The notes below the pieces were generated by a model. It did no database searches and had not been told where the DNA came from. It saw nothing but the letters and a program-made list of their open reading frames with translations. 64,000 nucleotides of DNA from Dicyema japonicum (taxonomy: Eukaryota; Animalia; Dicyemida): assembly GCA_011109175.1 (NCBI GenBank), contig RDEW01000019.1:841823-905822 (forward strand). Reading direction: 5' to 3'. The position numbers and the translations under genes were made by a program. Shown here piece after piece: positions 62,871-64,000 of the stretch (positions are counted from its first letter, which is position 1; the number at the start of each line of letters is the position of its first letter).

Positions 62871-63798
62871 TCGCATCTGTTATGAAATTATATTTTTAAT
62901 TGTTTTATCCGAGTATCTGACGTTATGGGAACCCTTCAGGGATATCCAATGACACCACTATGAATCAAAGTTATAAAAAAGAAAATCAATCGAGTATGCG
63001 GTTAATTAAACCCAAATCTACATGCGAAACGAACAAAGTACTAACTATAGCTTGTCCACAAATATAAATGTGATTTTATTACCAATTAAAGTATCATTTA
63101 TCATTAGGCATAGTTTGTACACGACCATTAATGCTAAAGCATGACGATTGAGCTATCCATTTGTTCTCATATATCGATTCCGGGATAAACAAAAATACAA
63201 AAACATTGGAAATGTATGGATATGTTGATAACCACAATTTTTGATTACATGAACTAATAAGCACTAGAGTTTTAGGCTTGAATTGCACTGTAATGGGGGA
63301 GTATGACATATTTAAAATCAGATTAACAGAACCATAACACATTGTTTTATAGAAATGTTCCTAGAATATAGATAGAGTTTTTTTATAGACAATTCGACAA
63401 TATATCTATTAAAACTATATAGGAAATATAACGGGTATTAACAGATTAATTCTGATAATGAAGTTGATTATTTTAACTCACCAAAATAAGATTTAATTAC
63501 GCAGCATCAGGCAGTTCAATGCTAGTAGATCACATTTTCCCACAAATACAAAAAACCATTAGCAAAAACTAATTCTTTAAACAGAACAGGCTGACCTAAT
63601 AAGATTACCACATAATCTATCAAACAGCAGAAATCACAGCAGTAATCATGAAACCAAAAATAATTAGATCAAATTACAATGAAAACCACATCTGCGTAAA
63701 AACCACAAACTGAATATTCTAAACACTAAGAAATCGAAAACATGTAAACAAGAAAAGTAGTATAACCAAGGAATATTAAAAGAAAATGTTAACACTAA

Positions 63799-64000
<202 letters not shown>

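Overview
This is eukaryotic, AT-rich draft-assembly DNA, not prokaryotic. It has three N-gaps and many near-perfect local duplications that look like assembly artefacts. Host genes are compact islands broken by 21-30 nt GT-AG micro-introns, so the ORF track fragments or misses them. After manual splicing I can support APRT, a makorin (MKRN), a GRAB/GA1 golgin (TRIP11/GMAP-210-like), a Tctex-1 family dynein light chain, CFAP97D2, an A/B-type cyclin, Misato (MSTO1) and the last unit of a (poly)ubiquitin gene. One further unidentified intron-containing gene is likely. The ~24-nt introns plus ciliary genes suggest a ciliated, genome-reduced parasite; a dicyemid is my best guess, and this is inference only. 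The rest is mostly decayed transposons: several APE-RT LINE families, an RTE-type LINE, many CRE-clade fragments (PHD finger, RT, restriction-like endonuclease), R4-like REL elements, a Mutator derivative with an exact 8-bp TSD, and a tRNA-headed SINE. Four signals deserve follow-up. First, a hairpin-headed dispersed family ending in TACTTGATTGAAG that could be a spliced-leader-like or LINE 5' leader. Second, a 3'-terminal LINE stem-loop with three-state compensatory base pairing shared across families. Third, a 2A (StopGo)-like GDIKPNPGP at the exact 5' end of a LINE flanked by a 77-bp direct repeat. Fourth, the micro-intron system itself.
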